64,000 nt of DNA from assembly GCA_964016885.1 (NCBI GenBank), contig OZ024742.1, forward strand, positions 127,286,001-127,350,000, written 5' to 3'. Position numbers and translations under genes: made by a program. Under the pieces are notes generated by a model. That model was not told the DNA's origin. It did no database searches and was given only the letters and a program-made list of their open reading frames with translations. This stretch comes from Eledone cirrhosa (Eukaryota). The stretch's first letter is position 1; the number at the start of each line of letters is the position of its first letter. Below are positions 24,179 through 39,770 of the stretch, piece after piece.

Positions 24179-26397
24179 CTAGCATATTTACCTGGCGTTG
24201 CCCGGGATTTGAAATTATGCTAAGAATATACAGGTGGAAGTAAAAGAAGAAAATTATTTGTCCCCAACCTGTCAAAATAAGCAGAAGTCTTCAATAAATA
24301 ATGCAAACGAATATTTAGTGCAATCTTTGTATACATAAAACTATGCTGATAATGAAGGAAAACACAGAACAGGATGTAATTATACAAATGATTAAAGACA
24401 ATACACGTTGCAAATCTGTAAAAAAAACTGGCAGTTTTGCTAAAGTACAAAAAGTTGTAATGAAAGCAGAGTTGTATACAAACAGAAAAACAATGAGAGT
24501 AGAATAAGAGAAAATCTATTCTTTGAGAACATCCTTTGCTGTGTATGGTTAAATTTTGAACTTATAATCCAAAATATCCTGCATGACATATTCATTGGTA
24601 TGTTTTGTAATGAATAAGGTGAAGTCTGTAATAAGTCTGTAATAAGTGTTTTTGTTAACACTAAAGCACTTCAGGATAGACGATATTCTTTGTTTTTCTT
24701 TTCGCAAAGAGATTATCTCGACAGCCAACTCGTGAGCAGGCAACGTAGAATTGTCCGTGCGAAAAGCAAGGTTCATCCAAGTGAATTCCAGCGACGGCAG
24801 AGTTTAACCTTGCGACTTGTTTATGGACATCGCAAAGGCAACACGAAGGGGAAATTGGGTTCGGCGAAAGGAGAAGGGAGTATCCACGCCTTATGTAGTC
24901 AGGCTAATTTTTGTTATTATCACATCCTCGCCTTTTCCACATCCGGATAGGGCAAATTAACCTTAACATTCCAGCCGATTCTCCCGCCCACCTTTTAGCT
25001 TTACAATGTTGGCAAGTATTTGACATGGCATATATTTGAATATCAGGATGGATTTGATAGTTTGAGCGTGATGCCTTTGAAATACCCCGCGATAAAGCTC
25101 TACGTTGAGCGTTACCCTCCAGCCGAATAGCTCGATTTGTTACAGTCTCTACAGCTCGTGCCGTAGCAGTAGCTGAAGCATTTCTCAAACTGCCGACTTT
25201 GACGTTCTTGCTCAGTCTCAATTGCTCTTGCTGCAACATTAGCTGAAGCATTACACGCACGGCGTGTTTCATATTTTTGTACTGTCTCTGCAGATCTTGC
25301 TGCAGCAGTATCTGTAGCATCCATAGCAAGGCGTGTTTCACGTTGCTCTGTAGTCTCTGCAGCTCGTGTTGCAGCAGTTGCTTTAGCATTATTGGTTCGC
25401 CGCACTAACCGACGCTCAGCGGCGGACAAAGATATTGCAATAACTGTATTCACCTCATTTTGTGATTGTCTATTTTCGGTTATCGGCGGAGCATCATTTA
25501 CACGCATTGTTTTCTTCGACCGAGAGGTCAAAATCAGAGAGCCAATATGTGCATACTTTCTTTTACGGGGCATATTTGGTGAAAAATTGTAAAGTCAAAA
25601 TGTATGAATTGAAGCGTTACAGTAAAATTTAAAATATACTGGCAAAACTTAAAAAATCCTTTGAATAACTACATCCTGTTCAGTATGTTCCTTCATTGTC
25701 AAAAAAGTTTGATGTATACGAATACAGCTGGAAGCATAGATAATGCCTGCCTCAAATGTGGACGAAATTACTTTAAAAATGTAAAAGTTGTAGGTCCCAA
25801 TGGTTTGAATGGAAAGTCCCATAAGGATTGTTCTAAAAATAAACAAACCATCATCAAAATCTCGTCAATTCGAGACTGCTGCGAGATTAGGCACTTACCG
25901 CGAAAATTAACACTTAATATAGTGAAACAAGTTAAAACAACAAGTGTTTTTGTAACTTTGAAAGTGCAACAAATTTTTTTTTGTATCAACATGGCTTATG
26001 AAAGTAGCGATACCGACTTTCAGAATAAACAAGAAACAAACGATAATATTAGTGATTTATCTTCAAATGAATCTGATGTTTATATTTCTGAAATTTCGTC
26101 CCACGATGATTGTTGTTTTAAAATTGAAAACGAAGGTCTCCATATCTCACTCTCTTTATAAGGATTGTCAATAAAGTTGGTTATCTCCCTTACATCAATT
26201 TTGCTACCGATAATTTTGATATCGATTTTTTATTGCTCGACGTGGGTCGATTTGAAAAATGTTTGTGATGTGACCATCTTAGCGACCTGTGCAACGTGCA
26301 CAGACAATTTGGTCAAATTCGGTTGGTAATTGTAAAAGCCTTAGGTATCCAAAGTTATACACAGACACACACACAGCCTCGCTTTTATATATATAGA
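24179..26397 (-). mobile_element. Internally deleted Helitron retaining the RepHel N-terminus
   Basis: 5' TCTATATATATAAAAGC at 26397; 3' hairpin CCCGGGCAACGCCAGG plus CTAG at 24179. ORFs 25573-24904: MPRKRK, RAAETTEQRETRLA-type repeats, MSNTCQHCKAKRWAGES zinc-finger start. Confidence 0.85.
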
Positions 26398-26578
26398 TGA
26401 TATATAGTAATAATATAAATAAGTGAAGAATAACGTGGATCGGTTGTACAATAGGGTATATTCAAAGTATTATTGTTCATATAATTAATTAAGTAATAAT
26501 TATATGTCTGCTTAAGATTTGGAAGATACATGCATTAATTTATTAAATAACTAACTGTGTTGGTCTTATTTATTATTA

Positions 26579-26647
<69 letters not shown>

Positions 26648-27264
26648 TGTGTGTTATCGAATGCCGGGCGTTTGAAATTTGGAAATGTGAGAATCCCAAA
26701 CGAAGAAAATATTTTTAATCACAGTCGATCACTATAGATAATAGCTGAGAAAATCGAATAAATTACCTCTAGAGACGGTAAAACGTGGCCTTCCTCGATG
26801 GCGCCAATGGCCAATTTTTTCCGTTTCTAGGAATATTTTACTCAATTTTCTCAAAAATGATCTATTGTAATCGACAATTATTTTCTTCTTATACTTCCAA
26901 ATTTATATATAGTTGGTTAGTTAGTTAATCAAAGAAGGGGCGCGTAGTAGTAATGAATAGCAAAGTTGCATACGAAAAAACGAAAGCATCCATCTTCTTC
27001 GACATCCACTCCCTGGGCAATGCAATTTCGTGCATATAGATGGAGTTGTATTATACTGAGCCCAGATTGCACGACGGCTTCAACAAACCGCCGGACAACA
27101 CAAAAACAAAGAATCAGAAAAAACAACGGAGTGTCTTTCTAGTAGGACAGCAAAAATAATACGTAAATAAATAACAAAAATATATAGTTTTTTCGTCTGT
27201 GTAAATGAGGTGATTAATCTCATATGAAGCTGTATAAGTTGGCTCAACTTAATATAGAATAGAA

Positions 27265-30042
27265 TTATAATTTAGCTTCCATAATAGCTGTATATAAATA
27301 TGTATTTGAATTTCGTATTTCTAAATGGCCATACACATGACCATTTACCCTCCTCAAATCTTGGAATGATTTGGGACCACGTACTTCACGCAAAATGAGC
27401 CGTAAGTAGTAGCATTCTGCTTGGCTTGGGTGGACACTGTGAACTCTTGCAAGAGTGTCAGCCCCACGTTTCCTCTTGTGCCATTTATTGTTTCTCCAGG
27501 TGTAATACTTGGGTAATTCTATGTAAAGGAGTTTTCTTGCATCTTCATCTTCTTGGCACAACTTTAAAAAGGCAGTTAGGGTAGTTTCTTTTGGAGAAAG
27601 TTCTTGTTGCAAGGCTGTTTGTTTTGTAAAGATAACCCTTTGGCCATTCTCTAGATGGACACTCAGAGGAATGATGGCTGGGTGCCTCTTATGAATGGGA
27701 AAATTGAAGATGCGGCAAAAAGCCTCATTGCAACTTCGTCATTTGTATTTATCTGCTGACTGACATTCTGCATAACAGTGTATGTTGCAGCATGGAAACC
27801 TTTGTTTATATATTTGCAAACATACTTAATAGACTTTACAGAGTTGCAGAATACAACATTAATATGAGCTTTGAAAGTTTTGGGAAGAAGAGGTCAGTAG
27901 GGTACAACCCACCAACTGTCAATGATGAAGTCTTGCCCATTTCTCATTTTTATTTTTTCGAAGGGAATCCACCATGCCCAGGTTTTCTTATCCTTTAAAG
28001 GGGGTAGCCACCTTCTCCAGTTTGGGTTTCTTGAGGGACGTGGGTAGTTCTTGGTACACTTATATCCCTCGTGTATGGGGAGGATGGATTAATTGAACCA
28101 CAGAGCTCATGAATCATCTGGGACTTGACAATTTCATGCAGCAAAGGATCTTACTGTGGATCAAGCAGTTCAGCTGAGATAAATAAATCAATATCATTTG
28201 GCCGAAGATTTTCGTGTAACCAAATTAAAATGTGGGTATGTGGCAATCCTCGTTTTTACCATTCAATTGTGTACATGCTACATTTGACTGGTCCAGAGAC
28301 TTCATCTTTTTTTATGAGATCCATCAGCTTTATAACATCCTAGCTATAATATGGCAATCTTTGGGTTCTTGATGATGATAAAGCTCACTTTTTTTGTTTC
28401 ATGTCATGTTGGGTTACATATGAATGTAATGAAGAGGTCTGGACAACTATAGTGGCTGACATATGTAAGTGCATCTTGGGTTCGCTCATGCATATACCAT
28501 GGACTTCCTGTAAAGCTTGATGGAAGAATGACACAAAGCTGTCCAGTGTTATCAGCAGCCAATCCTTCTTCATTACTGATTGAATCTCTCAGGTGAATGT
28601 AGTCTGATGCACGGAGATCTTTCTGATGTGTTCTAATGTAAAGAAGCCTTTCTCCTTCAATTTGTGCACACATATCAACTGCAAATTACTGGAAGAGCTC
28701 ATGTAAATGATAAAGAATATTGAAGTCTTGCTCTCTTAATATGAAAAGGTAATCATAGAATTGCATGCAGCTTACTGCTTTTGTCAGTGAAGAAGCTCTT
28801 GTTTTAAGATCTGTTTTTTTTTTTAAATACCAAAGTGATATCCATCTTGGCTAATACATGCATTAATGGATACTGGAGTGCAACATATGATCGGTGGGTT
28901 GCATTTATCCGCTGTATCTTATTTCCTCTACCTTGAATAATAATATCTCTCTTCCCATACTCATCGCCTGTAATAATTGCTGCTACTTCATTTGCGACAG
29001 GGGCAGTGTAGCGGCCTCTGAGTTCAGTAACATGCTTTATATCTACATCAATAACTATCTTGTATTCAGTGGGTGGAGCAGATTCTAATGCATACTTGAA
29101 GCTTCTGATGTAGCTATTGTTTGCATGCAACATATCTTGCAAATCAAAGATTAACTCTTCTTTCAAACCTGCTCCTTGTAATTTGCCACAAAATATAGCT
29201 GTAAAAACTGGGGATTTTTGCCTTCAGTTGGCAACAAAGATCCAATATGATGGTATAGTTGACCTTGAACTTTAAAAGTTGGCTTCATGTTCCTTTCTCT
29301 TATAATATTGCAATAGTCATTTGGAAAGCAGAATTATAATTCCTAATGTTTTCAAGAAGTGTATGCTCCTTGGTGTGTTTCCCAAAAGCAATGCCTTCAA
29401 AGTATCTGGGGATGTACCAAACATTGGTAAAACAACCGTTCCTCCACCACAAAACAGTGGTGGTTTCTCTTTCCCATTTCTTTCCTTTACAAAAATTGCA
29501 CTCTTTTGACATTGCTCCAATATCAATCAATTTCTCTGTAGAATAATCACGTTTTGGATCATAGTTGAAAGCTGATCTTTTCCAAGTCCCCTTGAAAGGT
29601 GCAAATCTTTTGAGAAACATATTCAGCCTATCTTCATCAAGATGCTTACGTCTCTCCTCTTAGGCGAAGTTTTGCAGCAACTGTTTGCTCCTGGTTTTTT
29701 CTTTGTCTAATCTCTCGCTGACCTATTGTCTCGTTGGCAACTCTGGCAGCTTGTCTTTGTCTTGCATTCTTTAGACGTTTTTCTCTTTCCTTTCTTGACT
29801 CTTGGCTCCTGTGGATTGCATTTTGATTGTTCTAACCGTTTTTCTCTTGCCTCTTGTGACTAATTTGCTCTGTATGCAGCAGCTCTCCTCCGGTCGTTTT
29901 CATGTCTTTGCTGTCGTTGTGCAGGGGACTCTAGTGACTTTGTTCTGGCTACTTGTACTCGTCTTTGCTTCACTGTAGAATACTGATCATCTACACCTAC
30001 CCTGTCTCCTCTTGTAGAGAGTGAGAACATTTTTCTCGGCAA
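27265..30042 (-). pseudogene. Degenerate Helitron RepHel (Rep/HUH domain; helicase not seen)
   Basis: IGAMSKECNFCKGKKW, HRSYVALQYPL, ILPSSFTGSPWYM..PDLFITFICNP, RGLPHTHILIW (HUH, about 28225-28260), KSIKYVCKYINKG, TTLTAFLKLC..LLYIELPKYYTW, ECYYLRLIL..VRGPKSFQDL. Confidence 0.88.
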
Positions 30043-30253
30043 CGTTTTTCAAAATTAAAATGAGTGAAAGTTACATGAGTGATTGAAATAAATGGATATC
30101 GTGGAACGCCGCATACACGCAAACGCACACAAGCACAAAAACGCACACACGCATGCGTGCACGTACGCACACACTCACACATATTGATAGTTTTTACTCT
30201 CTGTGGAACGCCGCACACACACACGCACACACACACACACGCACACACACACA

Positions 30254-30365
<112 letters not shown>

Positions 30366-30599
30366 TCTAAAGTGAGAGAGGCACAGAGGGAGAGTCAAAA
30401 AGAGAGAGATAGGCCGTTATACAGAGAGAGATACAGTTAAAGTGTTAGATATTCACAGATATTCACGAAAGTCTAGAAACAGCTTAAACTATAGATCCTT
30501 TGCTCTATAGGAAGGTTTAACAATATTGCGTTAGCTTTTATAAAGTCTTTTTACAGTCTTTGATTTTACAGAACAAAGGAAAGTTGATACTATTTGAAA

Positions 30600-30953
30600 T
30601 TAATCTACCCTCCAGCTTTTATCCATATACTACTTACAGACCGTACTAACGAAGCTAAACACTTCAGAAGCAATGTTATGCGGTATAATGCTGTGTTTCA
30701 GGTGACGTCCTATGGAGCTGAAAAAGATCATACTGACTATGGTTATTTCACATTTAAAATCTAAGGCTAATGCTACCATTTAATCGGCAGTTTACTCTCC
30801 CACTCTAATAAGGAAGTTTTATGATTTTTTTTGTCTCTCTCACACACATTACGGTCTCGCCTCATACCAGACAACACATCCAATACAGTCGTTTTCTCTT
30901 TTATCTGTCTTCTCTTAACTGTTCTCCCGGGTGAAACCGGGTACCTCAGCTAG
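30600..30953 (+). mobile_element. Short Helitron derivative (RepHel fragment plus 3' terminus)
   Basis: KHFRSNVMRYNAVFQVTSYG...CYHLIGSLL remnant; hairpin CCCGGGTGAAACCGGG followed by CTAG-T. Confidence 0.7.
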
Positions 30954-30991
30954 TATAGATATAGATATGAATGTGTGTGTGTAAACCAGCG

Positions 30992-31141
<150 letters not shown>

Positions 31142-31274
31142 AGATGTGTGTGTGTGTGTGTAATTTTCGTGATTAAACCAAAGAAACAATCAACCCTCCA
31201 ACCAACCAACCAACCAACCAGCCAACCAGCCATCCATCCAACCAGCCAAGAAACATCTCTCTTTTATATTATAT

Positions 31275-31458
31275 GGTGAATTGGCAGTATCGGTAGAGGG
31301 TCAGACATGCTTTCCAGCATAGTTACGTCCCTTTACGATCTGTGTTCAAATCCCGCCGAGGTTAACTTTGCCTTTCATCCTTACGAGGTCGATAAAATAA
31401 AGTACAAGTAATGTACTGGGTAATTGCTGGCCTTGTGCCAAAAGTAGAAACAATTATA
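31275..31458 (+). mobile_element. tRNA-derived SINE
   Basis: A-box TGGCAGTATCGG, B-box GTTCAAATCC, Meta-type core and the shared tail. Confidence 0.9.
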
Positions 31459-32014
31459 TATAGATATAGATATAGATTATTTATTTCATTATCGAAATGA
31501 CTTCTACATGTGTTCTGCTAGTATATACTAACAACGAGGTTGTGTAAATTTGTATGCCGTGGGAAGAAATATCTTTCAACAGAAGATTTTAGATTATATT
31601 AAGAAGATATAAATAGAGAGTGGAGTTGAAGAACAACAGAGTAAACACGAAGTGTGTGAGCAACTAATGTCTTGAAAAAAGTAATTGATAAATTCACCTT
31701 TAGTACTGTAATGTAGCTAGAGTTGCTGTGTAAAGAAGTAACAAGTTTCAGTTTGTGTAAATGTTTTGTAAATTTTCAATATTCCTATAAATACATAAAC
31801 AGATCAATGTTATCTGCAGGTGCTCCATTATATAATTATATAAGTTATGCCCCTACTTGACTCATGCATATTTAATTTTGTCCATATTGTACATTTAACT
31901 TGTATAACACAACAATACAAAATATAAATATGATTTGGTTGTTTCGATGCATTGAGACATTTGAAATTTGAAAATAAGTGTGCCCCCCCCCCCCCCCCCC
32001 ACACACACACACCA

Positions 32015-33740
<1,726 letters not shown>

Positions 33741-33967
33741 GCCGTATACATACAAGTATGTGAATTTCGTATAACAATGATATACGGTATATCGAAATCA
33801 CATACTTGTATGTATGAGCTATATCGGAGCTAACATTTTAATTCTACTTTTAAGCTGAACCAGCTCACATAGCTCCATATGGAAATGGGGTTAATGAGTC
33901 TATCTACACAGGTGAAAAACTATATATTTTCGCCTGTTTCAAGCTCCAGCAGAGAGCAAAGGAAGCA

Positions 33968-34008
33968 CTGTTCTGCTGATGACCAGAGCCTGAAATGTAC
34001 ATTGACAG
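33968..34008 (+). ncRNA. Decayed minimal hammerhead motif
   Basis: CTGTT-(ctg)-CTGATGA-ccagagcct-GAAA-TGTACA-TT-GACAG. Palindromic stem III; TGTACA is consistent with CpG decay of CGTACG. Stem II is poor. Confidence 0.5.
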
Positions 34009-34378
34009 TTGTCCCCCTCTGCTTCAGCTAGAATCCGCTAGACGACGCTAGCCGTCAGCCTTTTCTTTATTCATAGCTAGAAGGCTTTCCAAATGTTTAT
34101 TTGTTAAACATATCCATAACATTGGATATACGAAATTCACATACTTATATGTATACAGCTATGTCGGAGCTAAAATGTTAATGGGACTACCCATGTAAAC
34201 TCTCATATCTGAAGAAGTGTCGATTAAGAGTCGGGATCCGATCGCATGATCAAACCCGAGCTGATCGATATCAGTTAAAAGATTTTTCTTCCCACGGCAT
34301 ACATATTTACACAACCTCGTGAGCTTCAATGTGTAATTTTGATCATTCTAGTCACTATCATTTTTTCAGACTATTTTT

Positions 34379-34431
<53 letters not shown>

Positions 34432-34436
34432 GTGCG

Positions 34437-34630
<194 letters not shown>

Positions 34631-34735
34631 CGAAACTAATAAGACTTTTTGTACCTGTTTGTTGTCTAACTATATATATATATAAAATAAATTAAAATAA
34701 ATAAGTCAAATATTTAAAATTTGGCTTCGTTTATT

Positions 34736-34790
34736 ACTGCTATATATATTTCGGTGACAGCCATCTTTGGCTGTGACCTCTTCAGGCAGT
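34736..34790 (-). ncRNA. Intact minimal type I hammerhead ribozyme (AUA site) in a short PLE-like 3' fragment
   Basis: ACUGC-CUGAAGA-GGUCACAGCCA aaga UGGCUGUCACC-GAAA-UAUAUA-UA-GCAGU, then AAUAAA. Confidence 0.9.
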
Positions 34791-34888
34791 CCGAATTAGT
34801 GTGGTAGAGACGAGTACACATGTTGTTGAGGTGTATAACTTCGTCAATACTCTGATATGTTGTTGTTTCTATGAGGAATTGGAATCAG

Positions 34889-34933
<45 letters not shown>

Positions 34934-35299
34934 CATAAATATACGGAGTGTGTGAGAAAGATAGAATTAAAATTTCTTTCAAGAGAAAAACAATAGGTTA
35001 TTGTTGTGAAAGAAATACAAGGAGAAAGAGTGTGTGTGTGTGAAAGATATATAGATAAGTAGAGTATTGTCACCATAGCTAACGGGTGTTGATTGAAAAC
35101 GCGGGAATTTTAAGTGCAATTCTTTTAACACGTGTGAAAAAACGTGTGTGTTTGTGTGTGTTTGCATGTCCTTCAATATATTGACAACACAACACAAACT
35201 TCAATATATATGACTCATATATATATAATGAGAGAGTTGTCTTTCTAATAATAATTGATATAAAAACAAAAATAGAAAGTACAGAACTCCTAACAATGG

Positions 35300-36979
35300 T
35301 TTGCTACCCACCCCTAGCAATGAGTGCAACATTAATTCTAGTAGACATCCTAACCAACCACTTTCCCGTAATAGTAAAATTTCATGCATTAGTACGAATA
35401 ACTTAAAATATACTCCACATGTACCAATAAACCCTCCTTATTCTACAAGTACTCCTCACCGTAAAAGGTCTAGAAATTTTTCCTGGTATAATTCTCCGTT
35501 CTCCCGTAGCGTCGCGTCTAACCTCCCCCGAAAGGTTCTTCTCCATCTTGCGCAGCAACTTTCCTCCTAGCCATAAGTACTATAGATTATTTAACAAAAA
35601 TAATGTTAAGATTTCTTTTTCTACTACCCTAACCTTGCTGACCATATTGCTTTTAGTAACCATAAGAAACTAAACAACATCGTGCCTCCCTTTCTGTTAA
35701 TCTACCTCTACCATTTAACCCTTTCAATACTAATAATTCTAACTTTAATAGGTCTGCCTTTAACTCCCCTATCACCTCTCCTTCAATTGACACCAATACC
35801 TCTAACCGTAACTGAAATTTTAGAAATCGTAATAACTGCCCTCTTGATGGTCATTGTCTTACTAATAATGTAGTATATAAATGCACTGTTAACACCCATA
35901 GTGCCCCATAGTACCCCTCCATCTTAATACTATTTAGTATTAACTCTTACTTTGAAGGTCCTTTTCCTCCATATGTGACAGATTATCTACTCTTTGACCA
36001 CATTCTTTATAACCCTTTTCTATTTACTTTTTTATTTTTATTTTTATTTTTATAATTAGTATTCTTAATGCTTTATCTCTTCCTGCCTTAGCTTAACAAA
36101 TTAACACCTTTTTTCATCTTTTAATTTTTTAATTTTCTTCTTTCCTTTTCTTCTTTACTCAATTTTTTACACCTATGTATGACCCTTAACTTAGACCTTT
36201 CCCTCTTACTAAACTTAACACAAGCACTGGATGAACACATGTTTAATACTTTAACGTCTTATACCCTGATATACCTAGCTTGGTCAGTAAATATGATAAT
36301 TATGCTTTTCTTCTATCTTTATCTAACCCTTTATTTTATAATATATATTATAATATATTTTTACTCCGTCTGTCAAAATATACATTAGTTTCTCTAATTA
36401 CTTTTTTCTTAATGGTTCCTCTCAAATTAACTCCCTTGAGTAATTTTGCACGTTATATTTTTTCAGACCTATATTCATATCTTAATTCTACCGTAATGAA
36501 TAATAATAACACTTATCATCCTTTTTTAATTATCTCCTCATTATATCAACATTAATTTCCATTAACTTCCAAATTTTAAAATCTTTTTATTAACAAATAG
36601 TCTCCCTTTCATTATATTTATGTCCCTTGCTATTTACACCTGCTTACTTCCTCCATTACTTAAACGTATAACCGGCTTCTTTAAATTTAGAATGCATTAT
36701 ACTTCTGTTTCAGCCCTTCCATTGACAAGTGGTATGGTTTGTGTTTCATGTTCTTTGTAGTCCCCACCATCAATGACATGCATTTTTTAATTTTATGTTT
36801 ATTTTCTTTTTGGTTCTGAAGATGAGGTCAGTTCATAGTTCGGTTTTAATATCATCCGTTCTTATCGATTCTATAATTGATAAATTTTATTTTTGCGAAC
36901 TGAATTATGGTCTGGCTTCTAAAACAATTGTAAACCAATAAATATATATGTTTAAGAATTTGGTACTGTATTCTCTAAC

Positions 36980-36985
<6 letters not shown>
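35300..36985 (+). mobile_element. Degenerate Penelope-like 3' fragment (second family)
   Basis: RKRSRNFSWYNSPFSRSVASNL, IFNKNNVKISFS, NNCPLDGHCLTNNVVYKCTV. Long pyrimidine-rich 3' UTR ending in a hammerhead, AATAAA and (TA)n. Confidence 0.75.
36811..36937 (+). ncRNA. Hammerhead motif with about 100-nt stem II and a mutated core (GAAA to AAAA)
   Basis: TGGTT-CTGAAGA-tGAGGTCAG...CTGGCTTCt-AAAA-CAATTG-TA-AACCA. Confidence 0.72.
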
Positions 36986-37041
<56 letters not shown>

Positions 37042-37149
37042 CATATAGTTATTTTTGTGTGTGTGAGAGTGTGCATTTTACCAGCAGTGTAGCGACTGGT
37101 AACGACCTAGTGATGGTGTCACGATAAAAATACTGGTAGTTGTACAACC

Positions 37150-39770
37150 TCACAAATGCAAAACTTCTATGAGTAAAATGTCAAAACAAAGTATACAAAA
37201 CAACGACGAAAATGGAACCGAAACCCGATACGGTGAAGGTGCCTGGTCCGGCAGTCTAGTACACCTGGTCCGGACCGAGTCGGTCGTCATCCCGCATCGA
37301 ACCAAAGAATAGGAAGAAAGAAGTGGGAGAAAGCAGTAAACAAGGTTGTAATAGAATGTTGGATTTAAAGTGACCCCACAACTAGAGGGTACCGAAAGAA
37401 AATGAAACAAATATAGGATGAAAAGGGACTATTTCTAGCTAGAAGGATTCGGTGAAGATGAAAAGCAGCTTGTGAAAGATGTGGTGAACAATATCAGAAA
37501 CAATCCACACAAGATTCCACTAAATTTATAATAAATCGAAAGGAAGAAATTTAAAGCAGCAGCAGTTAAGATGAATGAAATTATCACTATTATCCTGACA
37601 GAAACTATAACAGAAACAAATGCACTAATATGAGCAGCAGACAATAGTGTAGCAGATATGTTGGATACAAGAAAAGGGAGAGTATTGAAAAGAGAGAACC
37701 ATATTAAAGAAAGAGAATTTTGGAGAAGCAAAAAAAAATTACGTAAAGATCTAGGACATATAAATAGGATGAAAACAATGAAAAGGTCAAAGAAAGTCTT
37801 GAAAGAACCTATTGTGTTCAAGAACAAGGTTTCGAAGTTATACTCGAGTAAATACAACAGAGGCTGATTGTTGTAGGTGCAAAAATTGAAAGATATGACA
37901 ACAGAACAAAGTAGTATAAACAGAATCGAGTATTTGAATCAGAAAAGTTGTTTGATGAATTGGAGGGACGAGAAAGAGATGCTGTACCTGGTGCAGAAGA
38001 GTGTAGGCTATTTTAGAGTGAAATACGTGATCAGTCAGTAAGACAGAATGAGAATGCAGAATGGTTGGGGGGAAATGGAGGAAGAATTTATTGACATAGA
38101 GATGCAGGAAAATGTACAAATTGAGCTGGGAAGTGTGAAGAAACAGATCAAAAGAATGCCTAACTGAAAAAGCGCAGGACTAGATGGTGTTCAGGGATAC
38201 TGGATTAAGAAACTGACATCAATATACAGTAGAATAGTAAATCAACTGGATGGATGTTTCCATGAAAATAGAATGAACATTAATCGGCGTAAAGGAAATA
38301 GAAAAATAGAATATAGTATCTAATTTTAGTCCGATCATTTGTCTATCTCTGTTATGGAAACTATTAAGAGGTGTATTAGCTGAAGAATTGTACAGACATT
38401 TGGAGGAGAAACACTTGTTGCCATGGGAGCAGAAAGAATGCAGAAAGAGGCACCAAGAATCAATTACTGATCGACAAAATAATAGTGAAGAATTGTAAGA
38501 GAAGATTAACATCATTGGGAGTTGCAGTGATAGATTATAGTAAGACGTATGATATGGTGCCTCAGTTGGATTGAGAAATCAATGGAATTATGTGAAGTGG
38601 CAATAAATATGAGACAATTTATTACGAGACAGTAGAATATTGAATTAGTCACTGGCAATGGAAAGTTAGTAAATATGAAGATAAGACGTGGAATATTCCA
38701 AGGAGACAGTTTGTCACCATTGTTGTTTGTGGTAGCGATGATTCCACTGATACTGATATAGAGAAAAATGAAAATATTTTATAAACTAAAGAAGGGAGGA
38801 AAGAGGGTCAATCATCTTCTCTTCGTGGACGAACAAATTGTTTGCGAAAAATGAAGATCAAATAAACAGCTTGGTAGATGCTGTTAGGATATTTTCAGAT
38901 GATATCAAGATGGAATTTGGATTGTCAAAATGCGTTATGCTGGTTATGAAGAGGGGAAACGTTGTTCGGAGAAAAGGAATTGTGATGTTAGATGGTAACA
39001 TGATGAAATGCAGAGAAGAAAGAGGATATAAATATCTTGGAATATTGGAAACAGTTGGAATAAAACATAAAGAGATGAAGGATCAGACAAGCAAAGAGTA
39101 TTATGACGATTGAGGACAATATTTAAATCAAAACTCAACTGTGGGAATATTATCTCTGCTATCAACTCAAGAGCAGTGTCTATCATTAGATATGGGGCTG
39201 GCATCATAGATTGGATGAAGGCAGAGTTGGAGGCTTTGGATGACAAAACGAAGAAGCTGCTGACGTTGTATGGAGCACATCACCTCAAGCCAGATGTGGA
39301 CCGATTATATATGAAAGAGCAAATGGAGACCGAGGTTGGATTGGGATAGAAGATTGTGTTAGAATAGAAATAGAAGAGTTAAAGCAATATTTACGTATAC
39401 CCAAAGAGGTGTTACTGAGAGAAGTGAAGAGAACGGGTTTGTTTGGCAAAAGTAAAGCAAAGGTACAGAATGAACACCAAACTGCATATAAGGGCAAGAC
39501 ACTACACAGAAGGAGTATTTGAAAAAGTAAACATAAAACACCATAATTGTAGCACAAGATTCGGCAATTTACACGAATAACATCAGAAAAGCAATGTATG
39601 GAGAAGATGTATCTCCTCTGTGTCAATTGTGTGGCGGTGCAGTTGAAGCACGCTGTCTAGGAATGCTCGAAATGGGTATAAAAAGGTGTGACATGATAGT
39701 GTGGCCAAAGTAATCCACTGGAGACTGTGCAAGAAGTGGGGATTTGTAAAAGCAAGTCAATAAATTAACC
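37150..39770 (+). mobile_element. Highly degenerate R4/Dong-type LINE
   Basis: RGIFQGDSLSPLLFV, HLLFVD, IFSDDIKMEFGLSKC, YKYLGILE, AINSRAVSIIRYGAGIIDW, DVDRLY. Confidence 0.85.

Noticed and set aside
25661-26161. 166-aa plus-strand ORF as a Helitron-captured gene
   Set aside because: Low-complexity AT-rich frame with no motif or splice evidence.
35813-35815. TGA at the first Cys of the PLE CxC motif, raising possible selenocysteine as in Naiad PLEs
   Set aside because: The fragment is decayed (the second Cys codon reads TTT and there are frameshifts), no SECIS was recognised, it is homologous to the C-terminal-EN element at 15283 which has Cys here, and Naiads have an N-terminal EN.
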